Below are positions 1-14,222 of a DNA stretch of 64,000 bases, piece after piece. The notes under the pieces were generated by a model. It was given only the letters and a program-made list of their open reading frames with translations, was not told where the DNA came from and did no database searches. Made by a program: the position numbers and the translations under genes. This stretch comes from the human T2T-CHM13v2.0 reference genome, Homo sapiens. The stretch is taken from assembly GCF_009914755.1 (NCBI RefSeq), contig NC_060926.1, one strand, 5' to 3'. Position 1 is the first letter of the stretch. Each line of letters begins with the position of its first letter.

Positions 1-1689
1 AAGATTTTCATCCCGTGGACATTAGTGCATTTGAAAAACTGGCTCTTGGGCTTCATGTTTTGGACAGTCAGGACAGAGGTCTCACAGGGGTTATTTGCAG
101 GTTTTGCTTTTTTTGAGGTTGCAGCCATCCTAGGACTATCATGACTGTCATGTGGTGTTGAGAGAAAGGAAGATAGAAAAAAGATGCTTTTTGAAAAGCT
201 TTTCCCCAAGACCTATCATTGGGTCTTCTTTCTCCTGGTGGAGATAGGGGAGGAGAGGCAGAGAGGAACCCAGCTGTCAGCAATGGTGCAGTGGGTCCAA
301 ACTGCTTCTCCTTGGCGGGTGGAATTTCCGTTCTAGAGGAGGATCTGAGGAGGCTTATGAGCTTCCCTGGGAATTGCTTTCTTCTTCCAGCTTCTGAAAG
401 GTTCTCTTCATTTGGCCCCAGGAGGAATGAGGAACACACTACAAAGCTTTCCATTCTACAGGCTCTGTGAGCTGAGTGGTGAAGTTGCACATTTTCTAAT
501 TGGAGAAAACATGGTCCCATACATTTTAGGTTGGCTAAGAAGAAATGCCTGAGATTCATGGATTGAAGTGTGCCTTCAATTGGTCTTCTGCTAGAGTTTC
601 ATGTAGAAACTGATAGATGAAACAATACATTTACCCAAATATGTGAACCAAAGGACTATGTGAATAGAGAGGGACTGATTGTGTCTACTCAGTAAATAGG
701 CCAAAGAAAGGGCAACAAGCGAATCACAAGGACTGTTTAAAGCCCTGGCCAATGGGGGGTTGGGGGAATTGTGTCTTTTGCATAAGTTGCTCCCAGTTTG
801 AAATCTTCTTAGTACACTCCCAAAGCTGCTCTGTGGCTGCCAGCAGTGTTAGCCTGAGATCTCTTAATCCTCATATAGATCAGCATCTCTCTAAAATAAA
901 TCACTTGACTGTTTTCTGCTTAACATTGCAGGAATGGCTTGGGAGACTAACCCTTAGGTTTGAAATGTCTGAAAACTGCTTCTCTGTTTTACAATCTTGA
1001 ATTTTACTTAGCTCTGCTGCTCTTTTTAGCTTTCTCAGAAGTGGATTATATTTTGCTACCTTTGCCACTGAAGTACAAATATAATCGTTGTTATTTTCTT
1101 GTCTCACAGAGTATATTTTGACCGAAATAAGTAGACAATGTTCTGTTTTCTAAGTTCCAACCACAGTGTTTTTTTTTGTTTGTTTGTTTTACACTCAGTA
1201 ATCCACATATTGTTATTTCTAGGTAATTATAGAATTTTTCAGTCAGTAATTTACTAAGCACATGTCATGTTTTCAGCACTGTGTAAGGAACTGAGGCATA
1301 CAAATGAAATCTGAGGCATGGTTCAAGTCTTCATGTAGGTTACAGTGTTTGTGGAGAAATAAAACCAAATCAGAGGAAACAAAGAACAATTAAATGTTCA
1401 GCTGTGTAGTACTCATGATAGGAATCTCCTGGAAGTAAATACTGAATATGGATAAATTAATGAATGAAGTGTTCATTCAAGGAAGAAATCATTGTGGACT
1501 AGAATGTGTCATTGAATAGGTCGGATACGAACATAGCCATGAAACATAAATAGGACTGGTAAGTGGAGGAGAGAATATTCTAGGTGAAGAGAGCAAAGGT
1601 AACAAGGTTGATGATGGAGTTGAGCATGGCATGTGTTTTGGACAATAAGAGGAGACCAGGTGACAAAAATCGGTATGCAAGAGAAACAA

Positions 1690-2137
1690 AAAAATAAAGT
1701 TGGGTATCCCCCCTTCCTTGATAAGTGAACCTCAATTTTGTGCCTATCTGCAAGTGATGAATCATGATTGGTCTAACCCATTCATGATGATTCTATCCTC
1801 CGCCTTTCCAGTCTCCTTTGGAGCTAGGGCAGCTCTGTGATCGTGTTCTGCCTTCAAGCTGAAGTCTGCTGATGGCATTTCTGGAAATGTTTTTGTTCTT
1901 TGATAAAATGTTGGCACCTCCTTTTCCTCTCCTCCTTGCCTTGAATGAAGATGCAAGGTCTGTAAATATACAGCAACCTTGCTGTTATGAGGAAAAGGCA
2001 AAGAGTTATTGTTTCTGATACTGCTGAACTGCTAAACCCACACCAACAGCTGTCTACCTCTGGACTTCCTGTTATGTGAGAGAAACCAACCTCTGTTTAT
2101 GTAAAACAGTATAAATTATGGTTTTAGTTGTTTGCAA
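1690..2137 (+). mobile_element. Old MaLR solo LTR (MLT1J/MLT1I-like)
   Basis: Motifs gattggtctaa...gctgaagtctgctg...ctacctctggacttcctgttatgtgagagaaa resemble MLT1 LTRs. Boundaries approximate. Confidence 0.6.
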
Positions 2138-2379
2138 TGTTTTAACATTATTTTAGAAAGGTTAATCTGCAATAGCACACCAGCTGAACCGGAAGGTGAT
2201 GAGAATTGAGGTGGTGGTTTTAGCAATATGGGTCTTAAGTGAAGAAGTTCTGGGCAAGACTTGTGGCCAGGGGAATAGGAAGGAAGGCAGACATCTCAGA
2301 GAAGAAGCAAAAGTATTCAGTGCAGATTCAGTGAAGGATAGAAGAAGCCAGATAACCTCAAAGTTTCTAATCAGGAAGA

Positions 2380-2900
2380 TAAGTGGGCCTGCATTACAGC
2401 TTTGGGGATAGGCAGATAATGGTAAAGACGAGTTCTGTCTTAAGGTATGTTGAGTTTGAGATTATGATGATGGAACATCCAAGTGGAAATGTTACGTGCA
2501 TAGTCAGAAATACAACATTTGATTTGAGGCGAATCTATACAATGCCTATGACCTTGGGCATGGAGAAACAGAAAAGCAATAAATGATGCCACCAGTTATT
2601 TGAGAGGAAGAAAAGAGGTCATTTGCATAAACAGACAGAGAAAGGAGATAATACGGGGTTGGTACAGGGATGAATATGTCATCATCAGTATCCAATGATC
2701 TAGAGAGATCAAGAAAGGTGAGGAATGAGGAGAGAATTTGGTAAATCTGACAAAAAGTGAATCTGGTAAAAATAGGACACCAATGATTTCCAAGAGAGGA
2801 TATATTGGCTGCCCAGATCTGAGCAGTTAAGTGGGAAGGGAAGGGAGTCCAAGATGAAAGTGGTAGTGACAGATCATTCATTGAAGGAGCTGGGAATTGA
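2380..2900 (-). mobile_element. Degraded L2 LINE fragment
   Basis: ttgagtttgag...catccaagtggaaatgtt resembles antisense L2. Boundaries approximate. Confidence 0.5.
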
Positions 2901-2913
2901 GAAAGGCTGATTC

Positions 2914-3824
2914 TTGCAAGGGTGGTAGACCTAGTAAAAGATGGTTTTAAAAACAGTGAAAACTGGGAGGAAAGAATTTCATGGAAAGGCCCAACATTTA
3001 AATGGAAAGAAAGGTATAAACACACAGAGAAAGTTAAAGAAATGTGTAATGTTGGAGAAAGACTTTAGTTTCAGGACAGTTCAGATATTCCTCTGAAATT
3101 GGAGGCAGGGATGACAAGGAGGCTCTGGAATCTAATGAGTGGAAGCAAATATACTTGTAAACAGCTGTCTCTACTGGGTAGGTGAAGTCCTGTGTTAGGA
3201 GCTGGTCTAGTGGTAGGGAGAAGTGAAAGGGGAGCTAGCCACTTCATGCAGTTACAAAATCATGCAGCCTTGCCATCAACGTGGCAAGGATTGTCAAGGG
3301 CAAGGCTGCGTAATTTTGTGTCTTTCTCAGGCAGGACCATAGCGGAGAACCAGAAGCTGAAGAGGAGACCCAGAATCAGGTGGAGGTTCATAGGGAGTTG
3401 TGAAGGTGAGAGAATCTAGAACAATGCTCCTGGAGAGGGAGGAGAAATCTAGTGTTCTCAGGAAGAGGTTAAAGTCCAAGTGCAGGTTGTCCAGAGAACA
3501 GGTTTGGTTGGGGGAGGTGGCAGAGAAGGGGATGGTGGCTTGAGCAGAGTAAGTCCAAATCTCAGACAGAGCTTGAAATGGTGAGATCCAAAAATTGCTT
3601 CTGAGTACCTGGACACAGCAGCTTGTTACAAGTAGAGATTTAATTCTTGTTCTTTTTTTTTTTTTTTTTTAAATGAGAGGCTAATTTGTCACACATTTCT
3701 TTTACTTTCTCTGTGTATTTGTACCTTTCTTTCCACTTAAGTGTTGGTCCTTTCCACAAAGTTCTTTCCTCCCAGTTTTCACTCTTTTTAAAACTATCTT
3801 TTACTAAGTCTACCACCCTTGCAA
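2914..3824. repeat. 134-bp inverted repeat (arms 2914-3047 and 3691-3824, 643-bp spacer)
   Basis: Ungapped manual alignment gives 122/134 identity. It also shows up as near-identical peptides in ORFs 2546..3025(-) and 3686..3877(+). Confidence 0.93.
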
Positions 3825-5823
3825 AATTACACAACATATTTTCAGTATATTCTAGTGCATTATTTACTTATGAATAAAATTGAGGCCAAGTATAAATAAG
3901 GTACAAATGTACTGAGTTTTATCTCACTTTGGTGAGACTTCTTAAATACGAAATAAAAAGCCATCCATGTTCCAATTCTGGCAATATATTCCCCTTCCAC
4001 ACATTCAACTACCCTCTTGCTGAACTCAACCTTGGGTTTCTACAGTGTTACTGAAACCTGCCATCCATTCACAGTGGCTTCTCCTAGTGATTTCCATGGA
4101 GCACAATTTTTTAAATGTCCTTAAAAAAGCATGCTACTTTAATTATATGGCAGATGGTGTGTTGCATGGTTTCCTAACTGGTGTTACTTCCACACTGTAC
4201 TTGAACTATATAAAGAACTTTGCTCTCAACTCAGGAGGAATCCTGCGAAGCTCAAGTTTGTATTAACTTAGAGAGGAACAATTTCTGTAGGTTGGGACAA
4301 ATTTTAATGTATATGTTATAGTACTAATTTTATTATGTAAAAACTACACATAAACCAAAACCATAGGGGTTTCAAATAATCATTGCAAATTATGATTAAT
4401 TTAGTAAGACTTTAAACTGTTGTTTTCTTCTGATTTTTAAAAGTGAGTCATTATCATGTAGAAATTTTGAAAAATGGAGAAAAATAGAAAGAAAATAAAA
4501 ATTGCTCTTAATCTCAACTTCCTGGAGATAGTCACTCTTCACCTATTTTTGGGTGAGGGGAGGGGCACTTTATTTTTTAAACTGAATCATATTAAACAAC
4601 CTTTGTTTCCTACCTCAATAGGTCAATTGACTTTTAATTCTGGTTTCATTTTCTGAAAACTCTGTAAGGTCAGCAAGCAAAGGTGTTAGAAGTAGGTAGC
4701 ATATAACATAGGAATTAGCAGATAGCTTATTTCTGTGGGAAATAGAAAGGCTGACTAATCTGTGACATCCAGTAACTTTTTACTCAGAAAAATGTGGTTG
4801 CAATGAGTAAAGTCTCCCATGTCACTATTCTGTAGAAGATAAACAATGTTTTAGCTTTATTATGATTTATACCGTATTCTTTTCAGGATTAACTCTAAGC
4901 GTAGAACATTTTAGTTTTATACCTTGATTAGAATCATTTATTTATATCCCAAAACATAGAAATTAATTTGGGGTGATAAGTCCTTTTGTTGTCAAGTTAT
5001 TTTTCTCTTAACATTTGTATATAGTTTTTTGTATTATGTTTCCTAATGGAACTCACATGTCCATTAGAGTCAACTGATTATTCAAGACAGATTTGCTTTA
5101 ATCTCCCAGTGTTTATTCAGTTTCATTTAATATTGTACTTTTATGAGGGTTATCAATCATAGGAATGTAGATAATATGAAACATATTGCATTATTTTAGA
5201 TGGAAAGTTAGACTTTGTAATTTAGATAGGTTGTCCTCATTTTATTACATAGGGCATTTTCACTATTATCTTAACTGTGGAAATATTTGATGAGTCAGTT
5301 CATCTTGTTTTATAGAATTTCCAAATTGACATGAAAAGAAATAATTGTTTTGCATTAATTTATATTTAATATAAGCACTTGAGAGGTAACCAGGAATGGG
5401 AGGAAAGGAGGAAGACATTCATGGATATGCATTCTAGAGTAATGAATTTCAACTGCCGGAAATCAATGGCTCTGCCAGATTCATATGTTAATTTTTAATG
5501 AGTAGACATTTACTTAGAAATTGATTTATTTGGACTCAGATGAAAAGCAAAAATGGCTGAAAATTGTCAATAATAGCATACAATTGCCTCTTTAGGTTTA
5601 GCTGTGATTATTTTTGAAATAAAATCCTCAGGGATGTTGGAAGTGAGCCCTAACAGGGTACACATGTACCATTTTATTTGACAGAGATCTTCATTGCATA
5701 TATCCTACCACTTTTCATTTCAATGTAACGAGCAATCAAAAACTGCTTGTTGAGTTTGAATAAAAAGGGTGACTGGTGGGGGGTGGTAGTATTTGTCCCT
5801 TTTGATGTTTTCATAGTTTAAGT

Positions 5824-6045
5824 TTGAGGTTGGCAAACTATAGCCTGCAGGCCTAGTCCAGTTTGCCATCTGTTTTTGTAAATAAAGTTTTACTGGAACA
5901 CAGACATAATCATTTGTTTATGTATTGTTTATAGCTGCTTTCATGCTACAGTGGCAAAATTAAGTAATTGCAAGAGGAGCTATCTAGACTGCGAAGCCTA
6001 AAATATTAGTATCTAGCTCTTTACTGAAAAAAAATTTCAACTAAG
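5824..6045 (+). mobile_element. MER58A hAT DNA transposon
   Basis: ggttggcaaact...gtttttgtaaataaagttttactggaacacag...gctgctttcatgctaca...aagcctaaaatatt matches MER58A. Confidence 0.8.
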
Positions 6046-6157
6046 TTTAGTTAAACTTTTCCCTTATAGTACTGTATTTCTTAAACCTGATGGTATACTA
6101 TTGTTTAACATGTCAATATGGAATCAAATTACCAAGATGCTAAAGGAGAAAGAAACC

Positions 6158-6226
6158 TGGCCGAATAGGAACAGCTCCAGTCTACAGCTCCCAGCGTGAG
6201 CGACGCAGAAGACGGGTGATTTCTGC
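6158..6226 (+). mobile_element. Isolated fragment of the extreme 5'UTR of a young L1PA
   Basis: tggccgaataggaacagctccagtctacagctcccagcgtgagcgacgcagaagacgggtgatttctgc is nearly identical to the start of the L1HS/L1PA consensus as I recall it. Confidence 0.9.
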
Positions 6227-6330
6227 TTTGAAAAATTTTTCAGATAAGACATAAATAAGTAAAACAGAGAAAGATATATCACTTTATAATCAAGGGCTAA
6301 ATTGTATGATAGTATCAAAAAACCCTTTTC

Positions 6331-6640
<310 letters not shown>

Positions 6641-6911
6641 CCTTCATATATTCTGTATCATAAATATATGTGAATTGAAAGTCACTTTAATGTGGTCAGA
6701 GTCAGAGTTCTAAAGTTCTCAAAATTGCAATGTTAGCATACTAATGTAGTAGGATATGTTTTGATGTTTTCGTCTAGAAATGGGAACATCAACTTAGTGC
6801 CATATAGTTATATGGTTGTATCTAGGTTAGCCAGGGTTCTAAAGGAATCTAGAGCTTTTCTAGAAATTGTGGGGTCAGAAAGGATGATGTACTAGGCTTG
6901 CTTGAGTATGA

Positions 6912-7250
<339 letters not shown>

Positions 7251-7934
7251 AAAAGATGCAGTAATTTCAGGTAGTTCTATGATCAGTATATAGGGATGCC
7301 ACCACAACTGTTTCTGAAGAACACAATTTTAATAGGACCTAGGTAGGGAGGCTTAGGATTAAAACATGTTGAAAATCTGTCTTCAGGGACTAAATGAAGC
7401 TGGAATAAATAACATGGCACACAGTTGAACATATATTGGGGAAAAGGGTGATCTTGGAAGGGGCACTAGAAGCAATTATAAATTGGTGTGAACTTATATG
7501 TGAACATAAATAACACAAGATGATACATTGGTAACTTGTATCATTTACATTTGGTTTTGTATCTTGAGTGTCTTGCATAATAATAAAGCAGATCCCAGCT
7601 TTAAAGAGTGGAGTGTTTCTGCTCTATATTGAAATAACTATCAGAGGGCAGGGAGGTTAAAATCAGAAGTAGGTACGCTCCTTGCATAACTCTTCCATGC
7701 GAGTGGTGGCAGATTAAGAACCTTCTGTAGTAGAACCATTTTGTTACACATTGCCAACCACAAAATTTCATAGAGTCAAAAAATAAAAATAAAAAAAGAG
7801 GTCAATGTGGTGGCCTGGACTAACTGGGAAAAGCTTTATGGAGAATATTGGATTTTCTCTCAGTTTCTGTTCTGAGTAAAGTATGAAGCTGCCTTTATAA
7901 AGAAGCAAGTTGGTGACTCTGGGATTTGAATGAG

Positions 7935-8675
7935 TTTCCCAGTCCTCTTGGGGTACTATAATAAAATACGTTAGGCTGGGTAAATTATAGTCAACACAGA
8001 AATTTATTGTTTTACAGTTCTAGATGATGGGAAGTTCAAGATCAAGGCACCAGCAGGTTTGGTGTCTGGTAAGGGCCTGTTTCTCATCAATGATACCTTT
8101 TATGTGTTCTCACATGGCCCAAAGGGGCAAACAAGCTCTCTTAGACCCTTTTATAAGGGCACTGTATTAGTCCATTTTATGTTGCTGTAAAAAATGCCTG
8201 AGACTGGGTAATTTATAAGGAAAAGAGGATTGACCTGGCTCACAGTTCTGCAGGCTGTACAAAGAAGCATGGCACCAGCATCTGCTTCTGGTGAGGCCTC
8301 TGGAAACTTCCAGTCATGCAGAAGGTGAAGGGAGAGCAGGTGCATCACGTGGTGAGATAAGGAACAACAGAGAGGGAGAAGGAGAGAGAGTGGGGAGGTC
8401 CCAGACTCTTTTCAACAATCAGATCTCATGTGAACTCATTACCATGGGGAGGACACCAGGCCATTCATGAGGGATCTGTCCCCATGACCCAGACACCTCC
8501 CACTAGGCCCCATCTCCAACATTGGAGATCATATTTCAACATGAGATATGGAAGGAACAAATAACCAGGCACTAACCATATTCACCTCCTAGCGGCCCCA
8601 CCTCCCATTACCACTGCACTGGGGACTAAGTTTCAACATATGAATTTTGGGGAGCATAAGCTTTCAGACCATATT
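7935..8675 (-). mobile_element. MaLR LTR (MSTC/MSTD/MLT1A-like) interrupted by a younger LTR
   Basis: acagaaatttattg...gggaagttcaagatcaaggcaccagcaggtttggtgtctggt...cttttataagggcac, resuming at taaccatattca after 8572. Confidence 0.7.
8163..8567 (-). mobile_element. MSTB-like solo LTR with 5-bp TSD
   Basis: TG...CA termini. Starts tgtattagtccatttt...gagactgggtaatttata. TSD GGCAC at 8158-8162 and 8568-8572. Confidence 0.85.
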
Positions 8676-11498
8676 CAGCAATGAGCATGGTTTGTGTAGA
8701 AGAAGAACTTGGGCAAAGTGAATGGCTTATGCCTCAAGTTGAGCAGATTAGTTGCGTAGTAAGAAAGGTGAGGGGAGATAAGGGTGGGAGAGTGATGGAA
8801 CATAAGGGAACTAAGGTACCACTTGGGTCAGCCTAGTTTCTGTGATTCCGTTACATTATGGGATTGAGTGTTTAATGCTCAGTGACATCTCATAGAATGA
8901 ATCATAGGGAGACCAAGTGGTGTGCACAGGTCTACCTGGTTTGGGAATCACTGAGATTGTTTTGCTCTGCTCCAAGTTGCAACTGAAGACAAATCACATT
9001 CCTGGAGGGAAAGGAACATCAAGTGACTAAAATGCAACAGCATAAATCCTCTCTCATAATAGACAGCACCTGTAGCCTTTTGACCCTTTGTTCTAAATCT
9101 TTTATAGAAGAGTGTAGGATGTAGATAGGAAATAAATAAAATTGCCTCCTGATTTTATGTCACTATGGAGCTGGTTGGGAGTCTCTTTCCTTTTCAGAGA
9201 AGCCACAGAGAGAAAGAAGAAAAAGCAAAGGCAAGACCCCTTCTCTTACATATCCCAATGGACTTTGAGTGTTAGTGTTGCTTTTTAATGAAGGTGGATG
9301 GCAGAGAGAGATTTTCAATATAGCTTAACCATAAATTTTCTTAAGGGGGTTAGGTGGTGCTGTCCAATACTCCAGGGTGTGGTGGTGGAGCTGGCAGAGG
9401 CTACAAAAAGCAGCAGGTGCCTATAGGTCTAGAAATCCCCAGCTCATTAGAAGTGCTGTAAATCATAGCATCCTTCATGTCTCTTGAGTGAAACTTGGCA
9501 CCTCCAGCTTACAACTGTGTGGTGGTCACACTGTCCCTGACTTCAATAATGTTAACAGATGACAACTTCCATTGAACGATGAAACTGGGTGAGCCAGTGC
9601 CAGTAATGATGGATTGGGTGGCTGAAAGTTTCTGCAGAGAGGACAGCAAGAGGATGCCAAGGAAGCTGGTCTGTGTGTAACTAAAAGACTAGTAAATATG
9701 AGAATTGATGGGCACATCTATCACCCATGGGGCCACTGTGTCCTGAAAGACCTTGTATGAAAGCTTTGAGAAAGGCTTTGGCAAGGATAAATGCCCCAGC
9801 GCTTAGACAAGTATGGGTCTCTGCAGGCCGGACTGGTTGAAGAGGGCAACGAGGTGAGGTTTCGTGAGTTGGAAGTTGGCCTCCTGTAGTGTGCAGTCTG
9901 ACACAGAAAAGGTTCTAGCTCACAGTTGCCTGGTTGGAGCATGGAAACAGCTCCAGCTTAATATTCAGGACATCTGTCTGCCGAGGCCTGTTTTTTTTCT
10001 GTACGTTTTCATGGCTGTTTGTAGACAGTGGTAGGTGAGATTGGAAGAAATAAGAGACTTGAGGAAAACAGAGTTAAACAAGAAAGTAAAAGTAACTCTT
10101 CAATACCCAGTACATGGTTAATATGTAGATACTTGAGGATCCTTTATCCCTCTTATGTCTCAGGAGATGGGGTGCTGGGGTTGTGGGGAGGGCAGGGGAG
10201 GAGTAAGGGAAAAAGGGAAAAGACAAAGAAGATATCATCTATTTGAGTAAATAAAATGGAGATGTAGTAAAGATATCATTTTGGGAACCTTGAGATTGAT
10301 AAAAAAAAATACACAACTTACTAGAACTTTTTCAGTTCAAAGCTGAATGCTAAAAGGTTGTTTTGTGTGCTGTATGACAGACAAATATTTTAAAATATGT
10401 CTCACAACATTCCTTTGGCTTAGGTGGTGATATTTAAGTTAAGACTTACATATATCAGTTGGCCAGTTTGACAGATAGGAAATTATTTGGAATTAAAAAT
10501 TCCCCTTCTAGCTTTTCCCCTAAAAAGTCCCTGCTTAATTCATGATTGTTCTCTCCTTTGCCTCTTCTTTCCTAATTCTTTATCTTCTCCCATATCCAAA
10601 AGAACATCTGGCAACTATCTCTTTAGAGGCATCTATGATCCTGGATTGAATTTGTTATCCAGTCAGCACCTTCGTGAGCTGTGTTTGATTTTCTGAAATT
10701 GGGTTTCCGCAAATGGTCATATTTCAAAGTGCTATGCCATATAATTATTTGAAGGGAAAACATTTTAACGTGGTACAACGACAACGTAAAGAATGAAAAT
10801 TGTGCTAAGTGAGTTCTGTCTCTTTCAAGTTCAAATTGGTAGGTTTTCCTGGCTTGAACACAAAATGAAGTCAAATTGAAGGGTCAGAGATACAAGAAAA
10901 TTATAAGGAGAACAAACTCATTAGAAAGGGAACTGAAAAATGGATAACAAGAGGAACAAATACAGGGATTTTCCTTATCTAGGGAAAAACAATCCATAGG
11001 TTCTATGGGGACTTTAAAAATATAGAGGATTGAGAAAAAAACTTTGTATTTTGCAACAATTTTAGGTTAATAGAACATTCGTAAAGATAGCAAAAATAGT
11101 TCCTATATACTCTATATCCAGCTTCCCCTAATGCTAACATATTACAGTTTTAGATTTTTAATGGTTATGATAAACATGAGTCTATGATTTATAGATGTCA
11201 CTACTTTTTTATAGTATTAGAAGAAAATTAGACATATAATTTTCTACTTGAAAATTTATATTCTTGTTTACACTTTAAGAATATGTAATATCTTCCAACC
11301 ACATTCATATCAAGAAGAACAAAAACAAGCAAACAAAACCCCTGATCATATCTTAAAAAAACAGCCCTTCTCTGAGTTATTTACATTTTTAGCAGGATGC
11401 AAAACTTTATGCCCAAATTTTCCAAATTTAGGTATGTTACCATGGCATTTTATCCTGGAAAATTGCTTTGACTGGAAGTTTCTTTGGCAAATCTCACT

Positions 11499-12119
<621 letters not shown>

Positions 12120-12974
12120 CAAATCTCACTATTTTTTAGATTAAAATGGAACTGTTGTGGGGTATAATGTAAAATTTATGCATTTTTAAAAAGCAAGAGA
12201 TAGCTTAAAATGGGACTCTTTGGTGGTCTCTGGCAGTGTGCAGACTTTGGTGGTATGAGTTCACTCTGTTTTGTCTTTATAGCTATAGAGGTTGAAAAAA
12301 AAAAAAAACATTACCTTACACTAATTGACATAAATTTTGGAAGCATTATTTCAGCACCAACCAATACAGGTTTCCCATAGTCCTTATTGGATATCATAGA
12401 ATTTTTGATAAATATTTGTGAAATGAAGCAATGAGTAAAAATAAGGAATGTCATTTTGAAATGTGGGGCCTTTTCTGTGTCTCCTCAAATCCCACCTGGG
12501 AAGTGCTCACTCATTCCAGGTAAGACAGGCTTTGCTGATTCTGGGCCTTGGACTGGCAGGGAAGAAGGGACTGACTAGGTTAAGTATCTCCTCAAGGTGC
12601 TGGAGGCCTCTAAATAAAATGAGGTACCTCCCCCTTCATTCCTAGCCTGGAAGAAGACTGGAGCCTCGAGATTACAGTTATAGTCTCTGCTTATTATATA
12701 AAAGTAATCATATGCTATATATAGCCCATGATGGTATAAATGTTGTAGCTGAAGGGCAACTGACAAGAGAAGGCAGTGGAGACTTGGGAAAAAGTGGGAT
12801 TTTAGGTCTGAGAGACCTTCAAGTTCTAGCCTGGGCTGCAGGATAGAACCCTAGGTTTGGTACTTTGACCCTCGGTTTGGTACTTATCCTCTTGAGGCCA
12901 TATTTCATTATATAAAATGGGAAGTCAGTAATCTATAGTGAGAGCTACATGTAAGAGTGAATTTATCTTATGAA

Positions 12975-13420
12975 CTAATCATTGGCCTTTTTTGCTGTCA
13001 GATCTATTCCTTTTCTCCCACTTCATTATCTGCATGGCTGAAGGTTCAACCCCTGCAGGCTGATTTCCTAGCTCTTTCCCAGCTGGGTTTAGCCAATGAG
13101 AGGCACTGGCAGGAGATGGGCAGGCAAGCACAGCTGCTGTGTTTGCTTTGTGGCTCCAGCTTGTGTAAGACAGGCCCACTGTGGTTCCAGCTTTTTCCAT
13201 GACTCTGGACCTTTGGTGCTGGTAATACCATCCTCTCCTTCTGTCCCTCCAGCCAAGGAGTGGTAGTAGCTACCTGCAGTTGTTAGCCTCCGGGTTGCCT
13301 CTTTATTCTCTTTTGGCTTCTTAGCTCTTTTAGCAGTGATGTATCTAAGTCACTGTATTACATTCCCTCTTTTTAGAATGTTGGAGTGGTTCCTATTTCC
13401 CTCATTGGACCCTTATTGAT
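12975..13420. mobile_element. ERVL LTR33-like solo LTR
   Basis: ctgggtttagccaatgagaggcactggcaggagat...ccagccaaggagtggtagtagc...ctgcagttg resembles LTR33. Confidence 0.6.
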
Positions 13421-13769
13421 CCAGTCCATTTCGGTAATCTAGCTGTGAGCTGCAGTACTTCAACTAGGCTGGTTGTGATAGAAATAGAAAGGAAGGAGAG
13501 ACCTGCCAAAGGAGAAAGAGAGCAGTAACCTATTAGATGGGGAAAAGATCAGGAGAAATAAAGCAATTAAGATAATTGTGACTGCCATTGTTGAAGACAG
13601 GCCTTTGGAAGGGGAACTGGTTTGGGTGTAGAACCTATGGGTTTTGTGTAGAGCATGTCAAAGAAGATAAACTTCATGATTTCACTGCCTTTCCCACTTC
13701 AGTGTATTGCAGCTGCAGGAGTATTTATGGAGTTGCCTTTCTCTCTTGGGAAAGGGTAAAAATGTTCAG

Positions 13770-14222
13770 AGGAAAGAGATCAGGGGTAGCTACACTTATG
13801 TCAGATAAAAATAGACTTTACGTCAAAAACTACAAAAAGAGGCAAAGAAGGTCATTACATAAGGATACAGAGGTTAATTCCTCAAGAAGACATAACAATT
13901 GCAAATATGTATGCACCCAACATCAGAACACCTAAATACATAGGTATAATAATGTGATTCAAGTCCAATATTCACACATTTACACATAGGTGTAAAAGTA
14001 TAATTCAAGTCCAATATTTATTGATTTTTTGTTTAGATGATCTGAACAGAAAATCAATAAGTGTTGGACTTAAATTACATTTTCAACCAAATGGACCTAA
14101 CAGACATATGCAGAATACTCCATCCAACAGCAGCAGAATACACCTTCTTCTCAAGTACACATGAAACAGTCTCTAGGATTGATCACATCTTAGGCGACAA
14201 GACAAGTCTTAACAAAATTCAG
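13770..14222 (+). mobile_element. Internal L1M ORF2 (endonuclease-region) fragment, rearranged
   Basis: Translates to L1 EN-like peptides (SGVATLMSDK; MDLTDICRILHPTAAEYTFFSSTHETVSRIDHILGDKTSLNK). Confidence 0.88.

Noticed and set aside
68-559. 163-aa minus-strand ORF
   Set aside because: No recognisable domain or splice context; its length is within chance range for a 64-kb window.
2546-3877. Two ORFs with near-identical peptides, suggesting a small gene family
   Set aside because: Explained by the 134-bp inverted DNA duplication, with no coding signature.
12848-12885. 18-bp tandem duplication (period 20)
   Set aside because: Ordinary slippage duplication with no further signal.
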